Virus record (IMG/VR): IMGVR_UViG_3300045988_172839
Span: 1 to 64,000 of that record
Source of the DNA: a virus
Strand: one strand, 5' to 3'
Length of the DNA: 64,000 nucleotides
The notes beneath the pieces are model-generated. The model searched no databases. It was not told the origin of the DNA and saw nothing but the letters and a program-made list of their open reading frames with translations. The translations under genes were made by a program, and so were the position numbers. Shown here piece after piece: positions 7,804 to 17,597 of the stretch; positions within the stretch are counted from its first letter, which is position 1, and each line of letters starts with the position of its first letter.

Positions 7804-8364
7804 TTAAAGTTCAATATTGTCATAAATTGTCGCCACTTGGAAGACACCCTTGGCGGAAGTTGGAAGAGATAAAGACCTCTTAATCTCTGCATTTACTCGT
7901 CTTTGCTCTCTTTTCTCAGCTACCGTCTCTTTTTCATCAGAATCGAGTACACCAGTTTGCTCTTCTTCGTATTCTTCCTCACGGTAATTCAAGGAAATAG
8001 ACTCATCTACTTCTAAATTTGAAGTAGTTGCTGAATTGTTCTCCATGAGAACCCCTAGCAATTCATCTACTTTCTCTGGGTTTTTAAATAAATCTGAGGT
8101 TAGAGAACCTGTAGTGTGAGCCGAACCAAAGTTGCGACCACTTGTGGATACCCCTTCCATAGCGGAGTATTTCTCAACTAACTCAGCAGTCTGCTCTGCA
8201 CCAATTAAACCTCTACGAGCTTCAATACGGGATAAAACTTTCTTCTTCTCTCTACCTGTGTAAATATCAAGAGTTGGTTTAATCCCATATTTAGCTGAAA
8301 TAATAAGTAAACCTACTAAAGAAACCGCAATGAGTAGGACTCCTAAAATTGTAAAAATGTTCAT
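7804..8364 (-). CDS. Hypothetical N-terminally membrane-anchored protein
   Basis: 186 aa. The N-terminal TM segment is MNIFTILGVLLIAVSLVGLLIISA and the remainder is acidic. RBS-like GGAGGGTAGGATAG precedes the ATG. Confidence 0.6.
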   Translation of the reverse strand: MNIFTILGVLLIAVSLVGLLIISAKYGIKPTLDIYTGREKKKVLSRIEARRGLIGAEQTAELVEKYSAMEGVSTSGRNFGSAHTTGSLTSDLFKNPEKVDELLGVLMENNSATTSNLEVDESISLNYREEEYEEEQTGVLDSDEKETVAEKREQRRVNAEIKRSLSLPTSAKGVFQVATIYDNIEL

Positions 8365-8380
8365 CTATCCTACCCTCCAA

Positions 8381-10045
8381 TTAGCGTTTTCCATAAGTTG
8401 TATTCAATTTATTCCGAACAGTATCAACTCGGTTTTGTAACTCAGCTTTTGCTTTGTTCTGTGCATCGGTTTTGCCTGTGTATGTGGACACTGAAGCAAC
8501 AGCTTTGTCAAATACCGAGGTCAATTCATCTAAAGTCAACCCATCAGACTTCAGACCACCTGAATAAGAGTCAATGACATCAAAAACGCTTTGTAAGTAA
8601 GTCAACTGTAGTTGAGGGTCATTACCCATCTCACTAGATAATTCTTCCAGAGCAGACCAATACTTCTTGTACATACCACTATCTGAGTTATCTGTGATAG
8701 AGCTTAGAATACCTTTCTTAAATGTACCTAACTCTAAGTAAATCGAAAGCAAATGTTGGTTTTTATCAGATACTCCGAATTCTTTTGCTTGCTCAAACCA
8801 AGGAACTGACTTGGTTTGTCCGTTTTGAGGGTAATAGAACCAATATAACTGACCTACTTGATAAAGCAAGTCTCCAGCTCCTTCTTTCCCTTTCAGACTT
8901 GGAATGTTGGATTGCAAAGCTCCCAACAACTGAAACTCATCTTCACTTGTGAAGTGTCCACTAGAACGGTAAATTTTCACTAACTCTAAATAAGGTTCTA
9001 CTTCACTTGGTAAAATCTTACTTGCTTTCAGCAAGGAGTCAATATCTTGAGACGTTTTACCTGTCGCCAAGGCTTGATTATAAGAGTCTGTTGTAGACAT
9101 TTGCGAATAGAGAACTCCTGTTCCTAGCAATAATACACCTAGAACCAAGGTTCCAAATAAAGTGTAAATGGTGGTGGCTCTCTTCTTAATTTTCCTAATG
9201 TAACCTTCAGACATCTTATTAATGTTCTTCAAGTCATAAATCATTTCTTCAACGGACTGATACCGATCTTGTGGTTTAAAGGCTGTTGCCTTTTCAATGA
9301 TTTTCTCTAAACCTACCGAACGTGAAGCGTCATATTGTCGAATTGGTAAAATCGGCAACCTACGACCATCTTGTAAGACTTCCACAGAAGGACTATTTCG
9401 AGTTGCTAAGAAGTACAAAGTACGACCTAAAGCGTAAATATCAGAACGCTCATCAAACCAAGCTTCTTTTGTGCGCATCTCCGGAGCTGCATAACCTTTT
9501 GTACCTAACTTATCTTCTTTACTATAATCAAAACCAGAACCTATTTCACGTGAGATACCGAAGTCCATAAGGAACAAGTGGTTCTCATTGGACAACATAA
9601 CATTATGAGGTTTCAAATCACGGTAAATCACTTTAGGATTACGATTGTGTAAATACTTTAAAGTATCACATAAAGCCAAACCCCAACGGACAATAGATTT
9701 TTCATCTATGTAAGTTGTTTTCGCAATTAAATCACGCAAAGAATAACCTTCAATGTAATCCATTACAATCAAAAGCGAATGATCATCTTTCGTCATTTTA
9801 ATAATACGAGGAATAGAAGGATGAGACAACGATTTTAATAAATTGACCTCAGCAATCACTGCTTTAGCTTGTCGCACTCCTTCTTTCGTACCTCTAACTG
9901 GAACCTCCTTTAAAGCTAAAAGGCGATTTAACTCAATGTCTCGAACTAAATATACAGTCGCAGTACCTCCTTGTCCAATCTGCTTTATAACCTCCCAAGA
10001 ACCTTCAACTATATCTCCTACTTTTAAGTATGTTCTAATAGCCAA
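8381..10045 (-). CDS. Hanks-type Ser/Thr protein kinase with TM segment and extracytoplasmic helical domain
   Basis: 554 aa. Contains IGQGGTATVY (Gly loop), LALKEV (catalytic Lys), YRDLKPHNVML, DFGIS and GTKGYAAPE. A TM segment TIYTLFGTLVLGVLLLGTGVLY follows. The C-terminal ~230 aa contain no PASTA repeats that I could recognise. Confidence 0.9.
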   Translation of the reverse strand: MAIRTYLKVGDIVEGSWEVIKQIGQGGTATVYLVRDIELNRLLALKEVPVRGTKEGVRQAKAVIAEVNLLKSLSHPSIPRIIKMTKDDHSLLIVMDYIEGYSLRDLIAKTTYIDEKSIVRWGLALCDTLKYLHNRNPKVIYRDLKPHNVMLSNENHLFLMDFGISREIGSGFDYSKEDKLGTKGYAAPEMRTKEAWFDERSDIYALGRTLYFLATRNSPSVEVLQDGRRLPILPIRQYDASRSVGLEKIIEKATAFKPQDRYQSVEEMIYDLKNINKMSEGYIRKIKKRATTIYTLFGTLVLGVLLLGTGVLYSQMSTTDSYNQALATGKTSQDIDSLLKASKILPSEVEPYLELVKIYRSSGHFTSEDEFQLLGALQSNIPSLKGKEGAGDLLYQVGQLYWFYYPQNGQTKSVPWFEQAKEFGVSDKNQHLLSIYLELGTFKKGILSSITDNSDSGMYKKYWSALEELSSEMGNDPQLQLTYLQSVFDVIDSYSGGLKSDGLTLDELTSVFDKAVASVSTYTGKTDAQNKAKAELQNRVDTVRNKLNTTYGKR

Positions 10046-10064
10046 ATAAACTACCTACTTTCTT

Positions 10065-11300
10065 CTAACCGTGTATAACATAACCAATGGAATCCGAAAT
10101 AAATTGCCAAATACTACCTGCGGTTTCATACATGATACCGGAAACCCCTAAGACTCCAACTAAACTAAAAATTGCAGCCCAAATTAAAGTATCTCCCAAA
10201 CCTAAACGCTTCGTCTTCAACTTCGCATTTTCTTTCTTATCTGCGAACCATAAACCACCTGAACCGTTACGATTTTGCTCAATCGCTCTATAGTTAAAGG
10301 TTACAACCCTCATTGCTGGACTATCAATGTAAACAAACCAAGAGTCAACTACATAAGCCAACAAAAGAATGGAAGGATAAACAAGAGCTAACATAGACAA
10401 GACCATAACTACTAAACGTGCGCCTTTAATTGTTCTCTTTTGTAGAGAAATTTCACGCTCTTCTTTCCATTTAGCAATACTTGTAGCTTCATCACCTTTT
10501 AGTTTTTCAATCTTATCTAAACGCTCTTTAAATCCACGCTCTTCTTTACCATAATCGCGATCTTTTGGCATATTTGGAATATCATCTTCAGACCATTGCT
10601 TTAAAGTGTTGGATACTGTAGTGGCTTTGGTTTTAGAGTCTGAATCTACAACCCCATAATCATCTTTTATTTTGTTGTAAATACCTTCTGCCATTTTTGC
10701 ACGTTTGTCTAAAGTATCAGCAGCCGGTCTCTCAAATGCAGCAACAAAATCATGTGTAGCACCTTTAACATTGGTAGTCTTCTTGAACTCCTCATAACTC
10801 TTAGAAGTTTGGTTTAATTCTGTACGACCCCAAACTCCATGAATATAACTAGACCAAAAGGCAGAACCAAAGTCAGAATTTCCTTGCATCTCCTTATCCA
10901 TATACTCAATAGAAGCTGCACCTGCCGTAGCTGGATCCTTTATATCATACCCCTTTTCTTTCACCCAATTTTCATATTGAGTTCTTCGAGGACTACCTGC
11001 AGTATCCGTCCATTGAAAGAGACCTAAACCTCGACTTGCTACGTTACCTTGTTCTTCCAAAGTCGCATCGAAAGCAGACTCTTCATTGGCGTTCCCCATC
11101 ATTCCAGCAAAAGCTTCAGCAGAAATACCCAACTCTTTTGCTTTCTTAGCTGCTCCTCGAATAGTCTTCCAACCATCTTCTGTAATATCTTCAACGTTAT
11201 TGTAACCTGCGAATACTGAAGACACAGGCTGAGCCAATGTAAACAAAGTTAAAGATAGTAATCCAATAGATAAAACTCTTTTCTTTACACTTGTACCCAT
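10065..11300 (-). CDS. Secreted/membrane peptidoglycan hydrolase with phage-tail-type lysozyme domain
   Basis: 411 aa with a signal peptide. FAGMMGNANEESAFDATLEE...RGLGLFQWT matches the GNxxxES...GxGlxQWT pattern of the tail-lysozyme family, from memory. The C-terminal half has several TM segments. Confidence 0.65.
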   Translation of the reverse strand: MGTSVKKRVLSIGLLSLTLFTLAQPVSSVFAGYNNVEDITEDGWKTIRGAAKKAKELGISAEAFAGMMGNANEESAFDATLEEQGNVASRGLGLFQWTDTAGSPRRTQYENWVKEKGYDIKDPATAGAASIEYMDKEMQGNSDFGSAFWSSYIHGVWGRTELNQTSKSYEEFKKTTNVKGATHDFVAAFERPAADTLDKRAKMAEGIYNKIKDDYGVVDSDSKTKATTVSNTLKQWSEDDIPNMPKDRDYGKEERGFKERLDKIEKLKGDEATSIAKWKEEREISLQKRTIKGARLVVMVLSMLALVYPSILLLAYVVDSWFVYIDSPAMRVVTFNYRAIEQNRNGSGGLWFADKKENAKLKTKRLGLGDTLIWAAIFSLVGVLGVSGIMYETAGSIWQFISDSIGYVIHG

Positions 11301-12565
11301 AAAACACCTACCTCCGTTTTAATTGGAGTGTAAACTGCTAAATCCTCCAAGTTACCACCTTTAATATCGTCTTTATTTGAAGAACCTACCTGACCTCCAA
11401 ATTCTGAGAGGACTTTGTAAGAACCTACTGAGCTATCTTCCACTACAACATAACGAACACCCACATCATATAAGGTAAACGTCCCAACTACTTTTTCCAT
11501 AGCGCTTAACTGCAAGAGCTTTTCATCTACTTTGCTTTCTTTATTCAAAGCAAACTCTACACTCGGTGTATCCTCCAACAAACTACTTGAACGTAAACCG
11601 ATTGTGAGATACCCATTATCTCCTTTTATAATCTGTTGAACACCTTCAAAACCGTAAGGTTTAGGTTCTTTTGTCCATACTGCTACAACTTTACCTAATT
11701 TATTCACAAGAATTTTTTGACTATCGGAACCAACTGCATATAGACCATTTGAAGTTTTTACTGTGGTTGCACCATCAAAAGACCAACCCAATTTCTTAGC
11801 AAATACATTTGCAATAGCTAGGACATTTTGAGGTGCGTTGACTGTTTCTTTTTCAAAGGTTATCTTACTTTCAGCAAGACCTTTCTTCCAAAACTGCCAC
11901 CACTGTTTATCCTTAGTCGGTAATAAGAAACCTACATTATTACTCTCTGCTAGGCGCTTCTCTCCTACACGCTCAAAAGCTAAGGTACTATCGGCTTGAG
12001 ACTCTTGTTGTTCCTTTGGAACATCTGCGTCTTGATTGAGGGATACCCATGATAATCTATGTTGGTTACCTTTTTTCAACTCTTCTTTGTCATAAAGAGG
12101 TTTAACTCCTTTGGAATAAAGTTCTTTATCCAAACCTTTTACATAAGGTAGAGACAAAGCTGAGTTCATAGAACCTACAAAGTCACTCTCACTACTATAC
12201 TTGTACTTAAATAACAGAGCTACTGCTTCATCAGCACTACCTGTTTCTAACAACCTCTGTGCTAACTCTGAGTCACTATTTACCAATTCCGAGACGAAAT
12301 TGGATACCGAGAACTTAGATGGATTTAAGCCAAAGTCTGTGTTACGAACCCATAGAGCCATAAGAACACTAGGTAAGAAACCAACTCTCTCTGCTTGAGT
12401 TTTAACTTCTTCTTTTTCTTTCTCTAAAGTCTTTATCACAACACTTTGAGTTTGAGTCTGATTTGGTTTGTTCTCTTCTGCTAATACACGCGTTGAGTGA
12501 ATTAGGAAAGGAGAACTACTCAAGACAATACTACATAAACCTATTAAAGCTACTTGTTTTTTCAT
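11285..12565 (-). CDS. Hypothetical secreted protein
   Basis: 426 aa. Signal peptide MKKQVALIGLCSIVLSSSPFLIHSTRVLA. The ORF overlaps the downstream lysozyme gene by 16 nt. Confidence 0.6.
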   Translation of the reverse strand: MKKQVALIGLCSIVLSSSPFLIHSTRVLAEENKPNQTQTQSVVIKTLEKEKEEVKTQAERVGFLPSVLMALWVRNTDFGLNPSKFSVSNFVSELVNSDSELAQRLLETGSADEAVALLFKYKYSSESDFVGSMNSALSLPYVKGLDKELYSKGVKPLYDKEELKKGNQHRLSWVSLNQDADVPKEQQESQADSTLAFERVGEKRLAESNNVGFLLPTKDKQWWQFWKKGLAESKITFEKETVNAPQNVLAIANVFAKKLGWSFDGATTVKTSNGLYAVGSDSQKILVNKLGKVVAVWTKEPKPYGFEGVQQIIKGDNGYLTIGLRSSSLLEDTPSVEFALNKESKVDEKLLQLSAMEKVVGTFTLYDVGVRYVVVEDSSVGSYKVLSEFGGQVGSSNKDDIKGGNLEDLAVYTPIKTEVGVLWVQV

Positions 12566-12577
12566 GTTTTCTCCTTT

Positions 12578-13174
12578 CTAATTCAACTGAAATTTAGGAT
12601 GAACAAAGTAGTGATACCCTGTTTTAGTTGTGTCAATCTTAGTATAACCTTTACTTTCAAGCTCAGCCACTTGTTTACCTCGAAACAACTTTGGTACAAG
12701 CAAGTCCAATTTTGCAGAACCTTTATACCCAACACCAACTAAACCTTTTGTTAAAGAATAAGTCAATTCATAATTGTTTGAGCGAAATGTAACTAAGGTA
12801 GAATCACCGTCCACTTTACCTACAGGTTGGGTTAAGGTAAAGTCTTCTCCTAATTTAGCTAAAACACTCTCTAACTCAGCTAATTTGTATTGACCCTCTA
12901 AACGACTTAACTGGTACTCTTTAGTATAAAGAAAGTCAGTTGTTGGCGAACTTTCGGATACCGACTCCAAACTTGGAAGTTGGTCAAAAGATAAGTCCTT
13001 ATCCGTCACACCTTTAGCAATCGTTTGTTGGCGCTCTTGGTTCTTATCTGGTGCAATTTCTTTCACTGGGCTAAAATACCCTGCAAACAGTATTAAAATT
13101 GCTAAGAATACAAAGAAAAACGCAATCAGAAAGTAAATCGCTTTGTACTGAACTATCCGTTTTCTTTCATACAT
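12578..13174 (-). CDS. Hypothetical membrane-anchored protein (single N-terminal TM)
   Basis: 198 aa. TM segment AIYFLIAFFFVFLAILILFAGYF. RBS GAAGGGAG lies upstream of the ATG. Confidence 0.6.
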   Translation of the reverse strand: MYERKRIVQYKAIYFLIAFFFVFLAILILFAGYFSPVKEIAPDKNQERQQTIAKGVTDKDLSFDQLPSLESVSESSPTTDFLYTKEYQLSRLEGQYKLAELESVLAKLGEDFTLTQPVGKVDGDSTLVTFRSNNYELTYSLTKGLVGVGYKGSAKLDLLVPKLFRGKQVAELESKGYTKIDTTKTGYHYFVHPKFQLN

Positions 13175-13205
13175 GAACGAAACTCCCTTCTTTCAATCTA
13201 ACTAA

Positions 13206-13233
13206 GGAAAAAGAGGATATTAGCATCCTCTTT
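13206..13233 (-). terminator. Intrinsic terminator-like hairpin after the YhaM-like gene
   Basis: The minus strand reads AAAGAGGAT-gctaat-ATCCTCTTT followed by TTCC, a 9-bp stem. Confidence 0.6.
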
Positions 13234-13251
13234 ACTTGTTTACTTAGTATT

Positions 13252-13280
13252 ATTGTACCACATCAAACCAAACTTATCAA
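13252..13280 (-). promoter_or_regulatory. Sigma-A-like promoter (lies upstream of the 13206-13233 hairpin)
   Basis: The minus strand reads TTGATA, a 17-nt spacer, then TGgTACAAT. Confidence 0.5.
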
Positions 13281-13290
13281 TAGTTTCAGT

Positions 13291-14286
13291 TTATTCTTCT
13301 GTTGGAGTGGCAACCGCTTGGTTTGATGAGTTAGGGTAAGAACCTGTGTTGCTTGCATCATAACGATTAAACTGTAACTTGTAACCATCAAAAGCGACAT
13401 TAGTTGTGTATCCTAACTCAAGACCTTCAACTTTACGCTGAAGTCCGGATACCCTTGAGTCAAGCAAGTCAATGACATGAACCAAATAAGCGTAGACTGT
13501 TTTAGGGCGCTCCCCAAACTCTCCGTGGTGTTCTAAAATAATAGCTTGTAACTCACGGTAGAACATTTCATTGTAGGTCTCTTCAATCAAATCTTTGTAC
13601 TTAGAAATAATCTCAATTCCTAAATAAGTGTGAGGAACAATCGAAATTTCAGTATAAGCACCATTTTTCAATTCTAAGATTTTACCAAAATCATGAACTA
13701 CTAAGCCTAGAATAACCAAATCACGCTCTTCAGGACTCATTGTGTGAAGTAGTTCATATTCAGTCATAGCTACTTCTGCGTATCTCAAAAGTTTACGAAT
13801 ATGGTTCAGCAAACCTCCGACTTTACCGTCATGATAGCCACCATATTGAGCAGCCATAGCAACACTCAGTTCTTTTCCTCGGTCACTTAACATGTGCAAA
13901 GTCAACTGAGCGCCTTTTTCAGTCATCAATTTACGAACCAAAGCACCAATCTCATGAGCATTTTTACTTGGATCAATGACTTCCATAAACTCAGAAGGAT
14001 TATAGTCCGCAGACAAACCACGGATACCCTCTAGCTTCGCTGACAAACTCTCATTATAGTTTTGAACGGTAACGTCACCGTCACTTACATAAATGCTAGT
14101 GACTCCATTTTCTTTAAATTGAGACACAATCACATTATCAAAACACACAAAACGAATAGAGTCGCCACCTCGGACAATAATCGTCCCTTGCAACATATCT
14201 GTTTCGTTGCGAGTTTTTCCAATACTGAGACCTTGCAAAAGGAATGAACCTTGGTGTCTACCTAATGTTTTAATATCAATCGTCAT
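13291..14286 (-). CDS. HD-domain phosphohydrolase with N-terminal OB-like region (YhaM-like 3'-5' exoribonuclease family)
   Basis: 331 aa. HD-superfamily motifs VVHDFGK, HTYLGIEII, ILEHHGEFG and HVIDLLD. The length and N-terminal beta-rich region match the YhaM architecture as I recall it. Confidence 0.55.
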   Translation of the reverse strand: MTIDIKTLGRHQGSFLLQGLSIGKTRNETDMLQGTIIVRGGDSIRFVCFDNVIVSQFKENGVTSIYVSDGDVTVQNYNESLSAKLEGIRGLSADYNPSEFMEVIDPSKNAHEIGALVRKLMTEKGAQLTLHMLSDRGKELSVAMAAQYGGYHDGKVGGLLNHIRKLLRYAEVAMTEYELLHTMSPEERDLVILGLVVHDFGKILELKNGAYTEISIVPHTYLGIEIISKYKDLIEETYNEMFYRELQAIILEHHGEFGERPKTVYAYLVHVIDLLDSRVSGLQRKVEGLELGYTTNVAFDGYKLQFNRYDASNTGSYPNSSNQAVATPTEE

Positions 14287-14337
14287 TTACTGCTACCTAC
14301 CTAATCTAATCTATCTAAACTACTGAAACTATCTTTT

Positions 14338-15108
14338 CTAGGGCAAATAAAATATTGCCGAAATGTTGTCTTTTTGACCTTCCCCAATCATCATACGAGA
14401 CATAGACTCTAATTGGTTCTCTTTAGACCAAATCAACCTCGCTTTTTCCTTTGTTAAAAACTCAGAAAAACCATCCGAGGTCAAAAGGATACCCTCTCCT
14501 GTTTTTAACTCTAATACTGAAGACTGTTGCAGACGGAAACCTCTACTTACACCAACTGCTTTTGTAATCTTATGACGGTTAGGGTGTTTCTTAATCTCTG
14601 CTTCCGTCATGTTTCCTTCTTTCAACTGATTGAAAGCCCAAGAGTCATCCTCGGTTTGCAAGTGCAACCCTCTTTGATTTAACACATACAAACGAGAGTC
14701 ACCTACTTGAAGAGTTAAAAACTGAGAACCTTGAACGATACCGACTGTACATGTTGTGGCTGACGTACCTTTTACATTTGCAAATTCATCACATAATCGA
14801 GAGTGCGCTCGGTAAATACCTTGAGAAACAACCTCTGCTATAGCTTCTAACCACGTTTGCGAAGGTTTCTTCTCTGCAATAGACTCTACTGCAGTGCGAA
14901 TAGACTGTACAGTTAGCGAAGATGCGTATTTACCACGCACACCACCACCCATACCGTCACAGACAACCAAGACATAAACTGGTTGTTCTCCAAGTTCTAC
15001 ACCTGAAACCTTGAAACACCCAATGGTGTCCTCGTTCTTTTCACGATACCCTTTGACTCTTGAAGTGCCGTTGTAACCACCTCGGTCTGAATAATATTCT
15101 AATCTCAT
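14338..15108 (-). CDS. PP2C-family Ser/Thr protein phosphatase
   Basis: 256 aa. Contains NEDT, VVCDGMGGG, LLTSDGFSEF and DNISAIF, the classic PPM metal-binding motifs. Confidence 0.85.
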   Translation of the reverse strand: MRLEYYSDRGGYNGTSRVKGYREKNEDTIGCFKVSGVELGEQPVYVLVVCDGMGGGVRGKYASSLTVQSIRTAVESIAEKKPSQTWLEAIAEVVSQGIYRAHSRLCDEFANVKGTSATTCTVGIVQGSQFLTLQVGDSRLYVLNQRGLHLQTEDDSWAFNQLKEGNMTEAEIKKHPNRHKITKAVGVSRGFRLQQSSVLELKTGEGILLTSDGFSEFLTKEKARLIWSKENQLESMSRMMIGEGQKDNISAIFYLP

Positions 15109-15112
15109 GAAC

Positions 15113-16294
15113 CTAAACCTCTTTAACCCTAAATGTTACTTCTTCTTTAGCAATCTTCAAAGTGTCTCCATTATGAAGCTCTTTTAAGTCTCTTGCAAAA
15201 ATACGCTCTTCACTTCTCCATTCAGAACCTTTAACATCGTCATTTTTCAACCAAGTTCCATTGGTTGAACCCATGTCTTCTACATAAAAGGTGCGTTCTT
15301 CTTCCTCATAGATAATCTTAAAGTGAGTGCCTGACATGTACTTATTATCTCTAAAGGCAATCGACTCTTCTACACCGTCAATCGCTTTAGGGCGCTTACC
15401 AAATACCCAAGTATCAACTCCACTTCGGCTATCTAGCTCAAAACTTTCACCTGTTTCACGTGTTAAATACCCGACTTTGTGGTATCTACGAGCTGGAGCT
15501 ACTGTGTCTGAATCATCAAGTACAGAAGTTAACTCCTCATCATCAAAATCAGAAGTATCTTCATCAAGCAAACCTGTTCGCTCAATCATTTCAGTATCTA
15601 ATGCAGTTAAGTCCAATTCAACTCCACTTACAACCTCAGTAATTACCTCTGGGGTAAGCTCTTCTTCAATCGCTTCAACACCCTCTAAAATCAACTTCAA
15701 CTGTGGAGAACTATAAGAGAGCAAATTTTCTGAGCGATACCGCAGAGACTCTTGACCCAAATTATAAATGAAATTCTCTGGTTCAATCTCTTTTCGCTCA
15801 ACCATATCAAGGAAGCCTAGCAGACGACGTAAACCTTGTTCATCAACATTTTGGAAAGGTTTCGCATTTTTCAATAACGTTCGAACTAAACCATAAAACC
15901 CTGAACCCTCTACCGTTTTCAAATTCAAAGGGTAAACCAAAAAGTAAATATTCCCCGAAACATCTAAGAAAATACTATCTGGTGACCAATCTAAAAATGA
16001 TGGTGGGATTTGTAAGTCATTTGAGAGCTGTAAGACTGAACGGTAAATATTTGCAATCAACAAGTAAAACTCATCAATCGTAATAGCTGAACCCAACCGA
16101 ACTCTTAATGAAATCAAACCCTCTAAATCATAACGAAAGGCACGTTTTTTCTCATTGTATTCAAAGGGTACACTTGTCATGAAACCACTTGAACGCAGAG
16201 CATTGACAATACCCTCGTTGACTTGTTCTTTCTTACTCAATTCCAAAATAAGAAAGTGCTTGTTATCTTTTGAACTATATTTTACTGTTCCCAA
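15113..16294 (-). CDS. FHA-domain protein
   Basis: 393 aa. The C-terminal WVFGKRP...NKYMSGTHFKIIYEE...YVEDMGSTNGTWLKND matches the FHA G-R...S-x-x-H...NGT pattern. The N-terminal ~230 aa are of unknown function and the linker is acidic. Confidence 0.8.
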   Translation of the reverse strand: MGTVKYSSKDNKHFLILELSKKEQVNEGIVNALRSSGFMTSVPFEYNEKKRAFRYDLEGLISLRVRLGSAITIDEFYLLIANIYRSVLQLSNDLQIPPSFLDWSPDSIFLDVSGNIYFLVYPLNLKTVEGSGFYGLVRTLLKNAKPFQNVDEQGLRRLLGFLDMVERKEIEPENFIYNLGQESLRYRSENLLSYSSPQLKLILEGVEAIEEELTPEVITEVVSGVELDLTALDTEMIERTGLLDEDTSDFDDEELTSVLDDSDTVAPARRYHKVGYLTRETGESFELDSRSGVDTWVFGKRPKAIDGVEESIAFRDNKYMSGTHFKIIYEEEERTFYVEDMGSTNGTWLKNDDVKGSEWRSEERIFARDLKELHNGDTLKIAKEEVTFRVKEV

Positions 16295-16298
16295 ATCT

Positions 16299-17165
16299 TT
16301 ACCTCACTGTTCCTATCTGGACATAGGGGATACCCTCAGTTACTTGCGACACAAGGAGTACGAACTGTGTCTCTAATGTGAAATCACTTTCCCCTCTTAA
16401 TTTCTTTAACACCTCAGTCATTGGTAAAGCTCGCCCTCTCAAATCAAACACTCGTAAGTTGCGACCTTTTACTTGAGACTTCAACCACTCTCCTAAAACC
16501 TCCGGTTCCAAAATCAGTTCATTTTCTACTTGAAGTTGGAGAACTGGAAACGTCAACATATCTTCTAAAACTGCCTTTTGGGTAGATGTTAAAGCTAAGT
16601 GTGTCGAACCTAACTGTGGTTTAGAATGTTCTAATTCACTTCCTACTAAGTCATCACTCACACTATACAAAACTTCTCTATCAAAGCCAATCGTTCGAGG
16701 ATACACCAAACCTGATGCACTTGTTAAAGCATAAGGAACTTCTGGCCATTTCTTTAAAGTTCGTACTGCTAGGTCTTCCTTGTAAGGACTTTCTTCGTAA
16801 GGTTTGCACATACAAGCTCGAACAACCCATCGACCATCTATTTTCGCAAATCTCAATAAGGACAACTCTGGAGAGTAATCTTCAAAGGTTACTGGACTTA
16901 AAGTTCCAGTTAAGTGAACAATCTGTCCTAGAGGTTGGTCTTTTAGAACACTAACATAAAGGAAACCCTCTGTAATTAGCTCTCCAAAGGATTTGTGATA
17001 CCCCAAGAGCGCTCTTGCTTGCACAATCTTAACTGCTGACGAGACCTTTACACCTTCTCGGAAAAATTTACGAGGGTCTACTTCACTCACTAAATACACA
17101 GAAAGAGTGAGCGAAGAAACTCGCCCCTCTTTTGCTACTTCATTCAATAAATCAAATTGTTTCAT
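16299..17165 (-). CDS. Hypothetical protein
   Basis: The ORF track extends to 17207. The ATG at 17165 (MKQFDLL...) lies 5 nt after the upstream stop codon, so I take it as the likelier start. It is 4 nt from the FHA gene. Confidence 0.55.
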   Translation of the reverse strand: MKQFDLLNEVAKEGRVSSLTLSVYLVSEVDPRKFFREGVKVSSAVKIVQARALLGYHKSFGELITEGFLYVSVLKDQPLGQIVHLTGTLSPVTFEDYSPELSLLRFAKIDGRWVVRACMCKPYEESPYKEDLAVRTLKKWPEVPYALTSASGLVYPRTIGFDREVLYSVSDDLVGSELEHSKPQLGSTHLALTSTQKAVLEDMLTFPVLQLQVENELILEPEVLGEWLKSQVKGRNLRVFDLRGRALPMTEVLKKLRGESDFTLETQFVLLVSQVTEGIPYVQIGTVR

Positions 17166-17170
17166 ACGTT

Positions 17171-17575
17171 TTAACCTAAGTAAGTCAAGGTAACAAAGAT
17201 ATTCCAATACACTTCTTTGTCAACCATTACCAAATACGAAACTGCATCTAAAGAGTTGCTTTCAACCTTTTCTCCAAAGCGTTTTTCAACCACTTTGTAC
17301 AAAGGTGCATCTTCTCCTAAATACTGATGGAAAATAGCTCGGAACTCTGAAACCAAAGCAGAAACATCATCACAAAGCAAACCAATAGTCTGCACTTCTC
17401 CTTGTGCTTCTAAAGTTACTGAGAGTTTATATTTAGAACCATCCTCAATCATGTCTACACTTGTTTCTATCAAGTTCTCTTGTTCTTGTTGAAAAGAAGT
17501 AACGTCTGTTAAAAGACCTTTAAACTTCTCTTTTAAACCTGTTGTGTATGGAAATTCTGTTGCTACGGAAACCAT
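17171..17575 (-). CDS. Hypothetical protein
   Basis: 134-aa ORF in a tight co-directional array. Confidence 0.55.
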   Translation of the reverse strand: MVSVATEFPYTTGLKEKFKGLLTDVTSFQQEQENLIETSVDMIEDGSKYKLSVTLEAQGEVQTIGLLCDDVSALVSEFRAIFHQYLGEDAPLYKVVEKRFGEKVESNSLDAVSYLVMVDKEVYWNIFVTLTYLG

Positions 17576-17597
17576 TGATACCCGAACCTCACTGCTT

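Noticed and set aside
7160-8150. Resemblance of some motif copies (TGTGGATACC at ~7163, 7473, 8144, 27605, 44986, 51045) to DnaA boxes (TGTGGATAA)
   Set aside because: Only a minority of copies have the GTG prefix, and the conserved part (GATACCS) diverges from the DnaA box at its 3' end. The copies are dispersed rather than clustered as in an origin.
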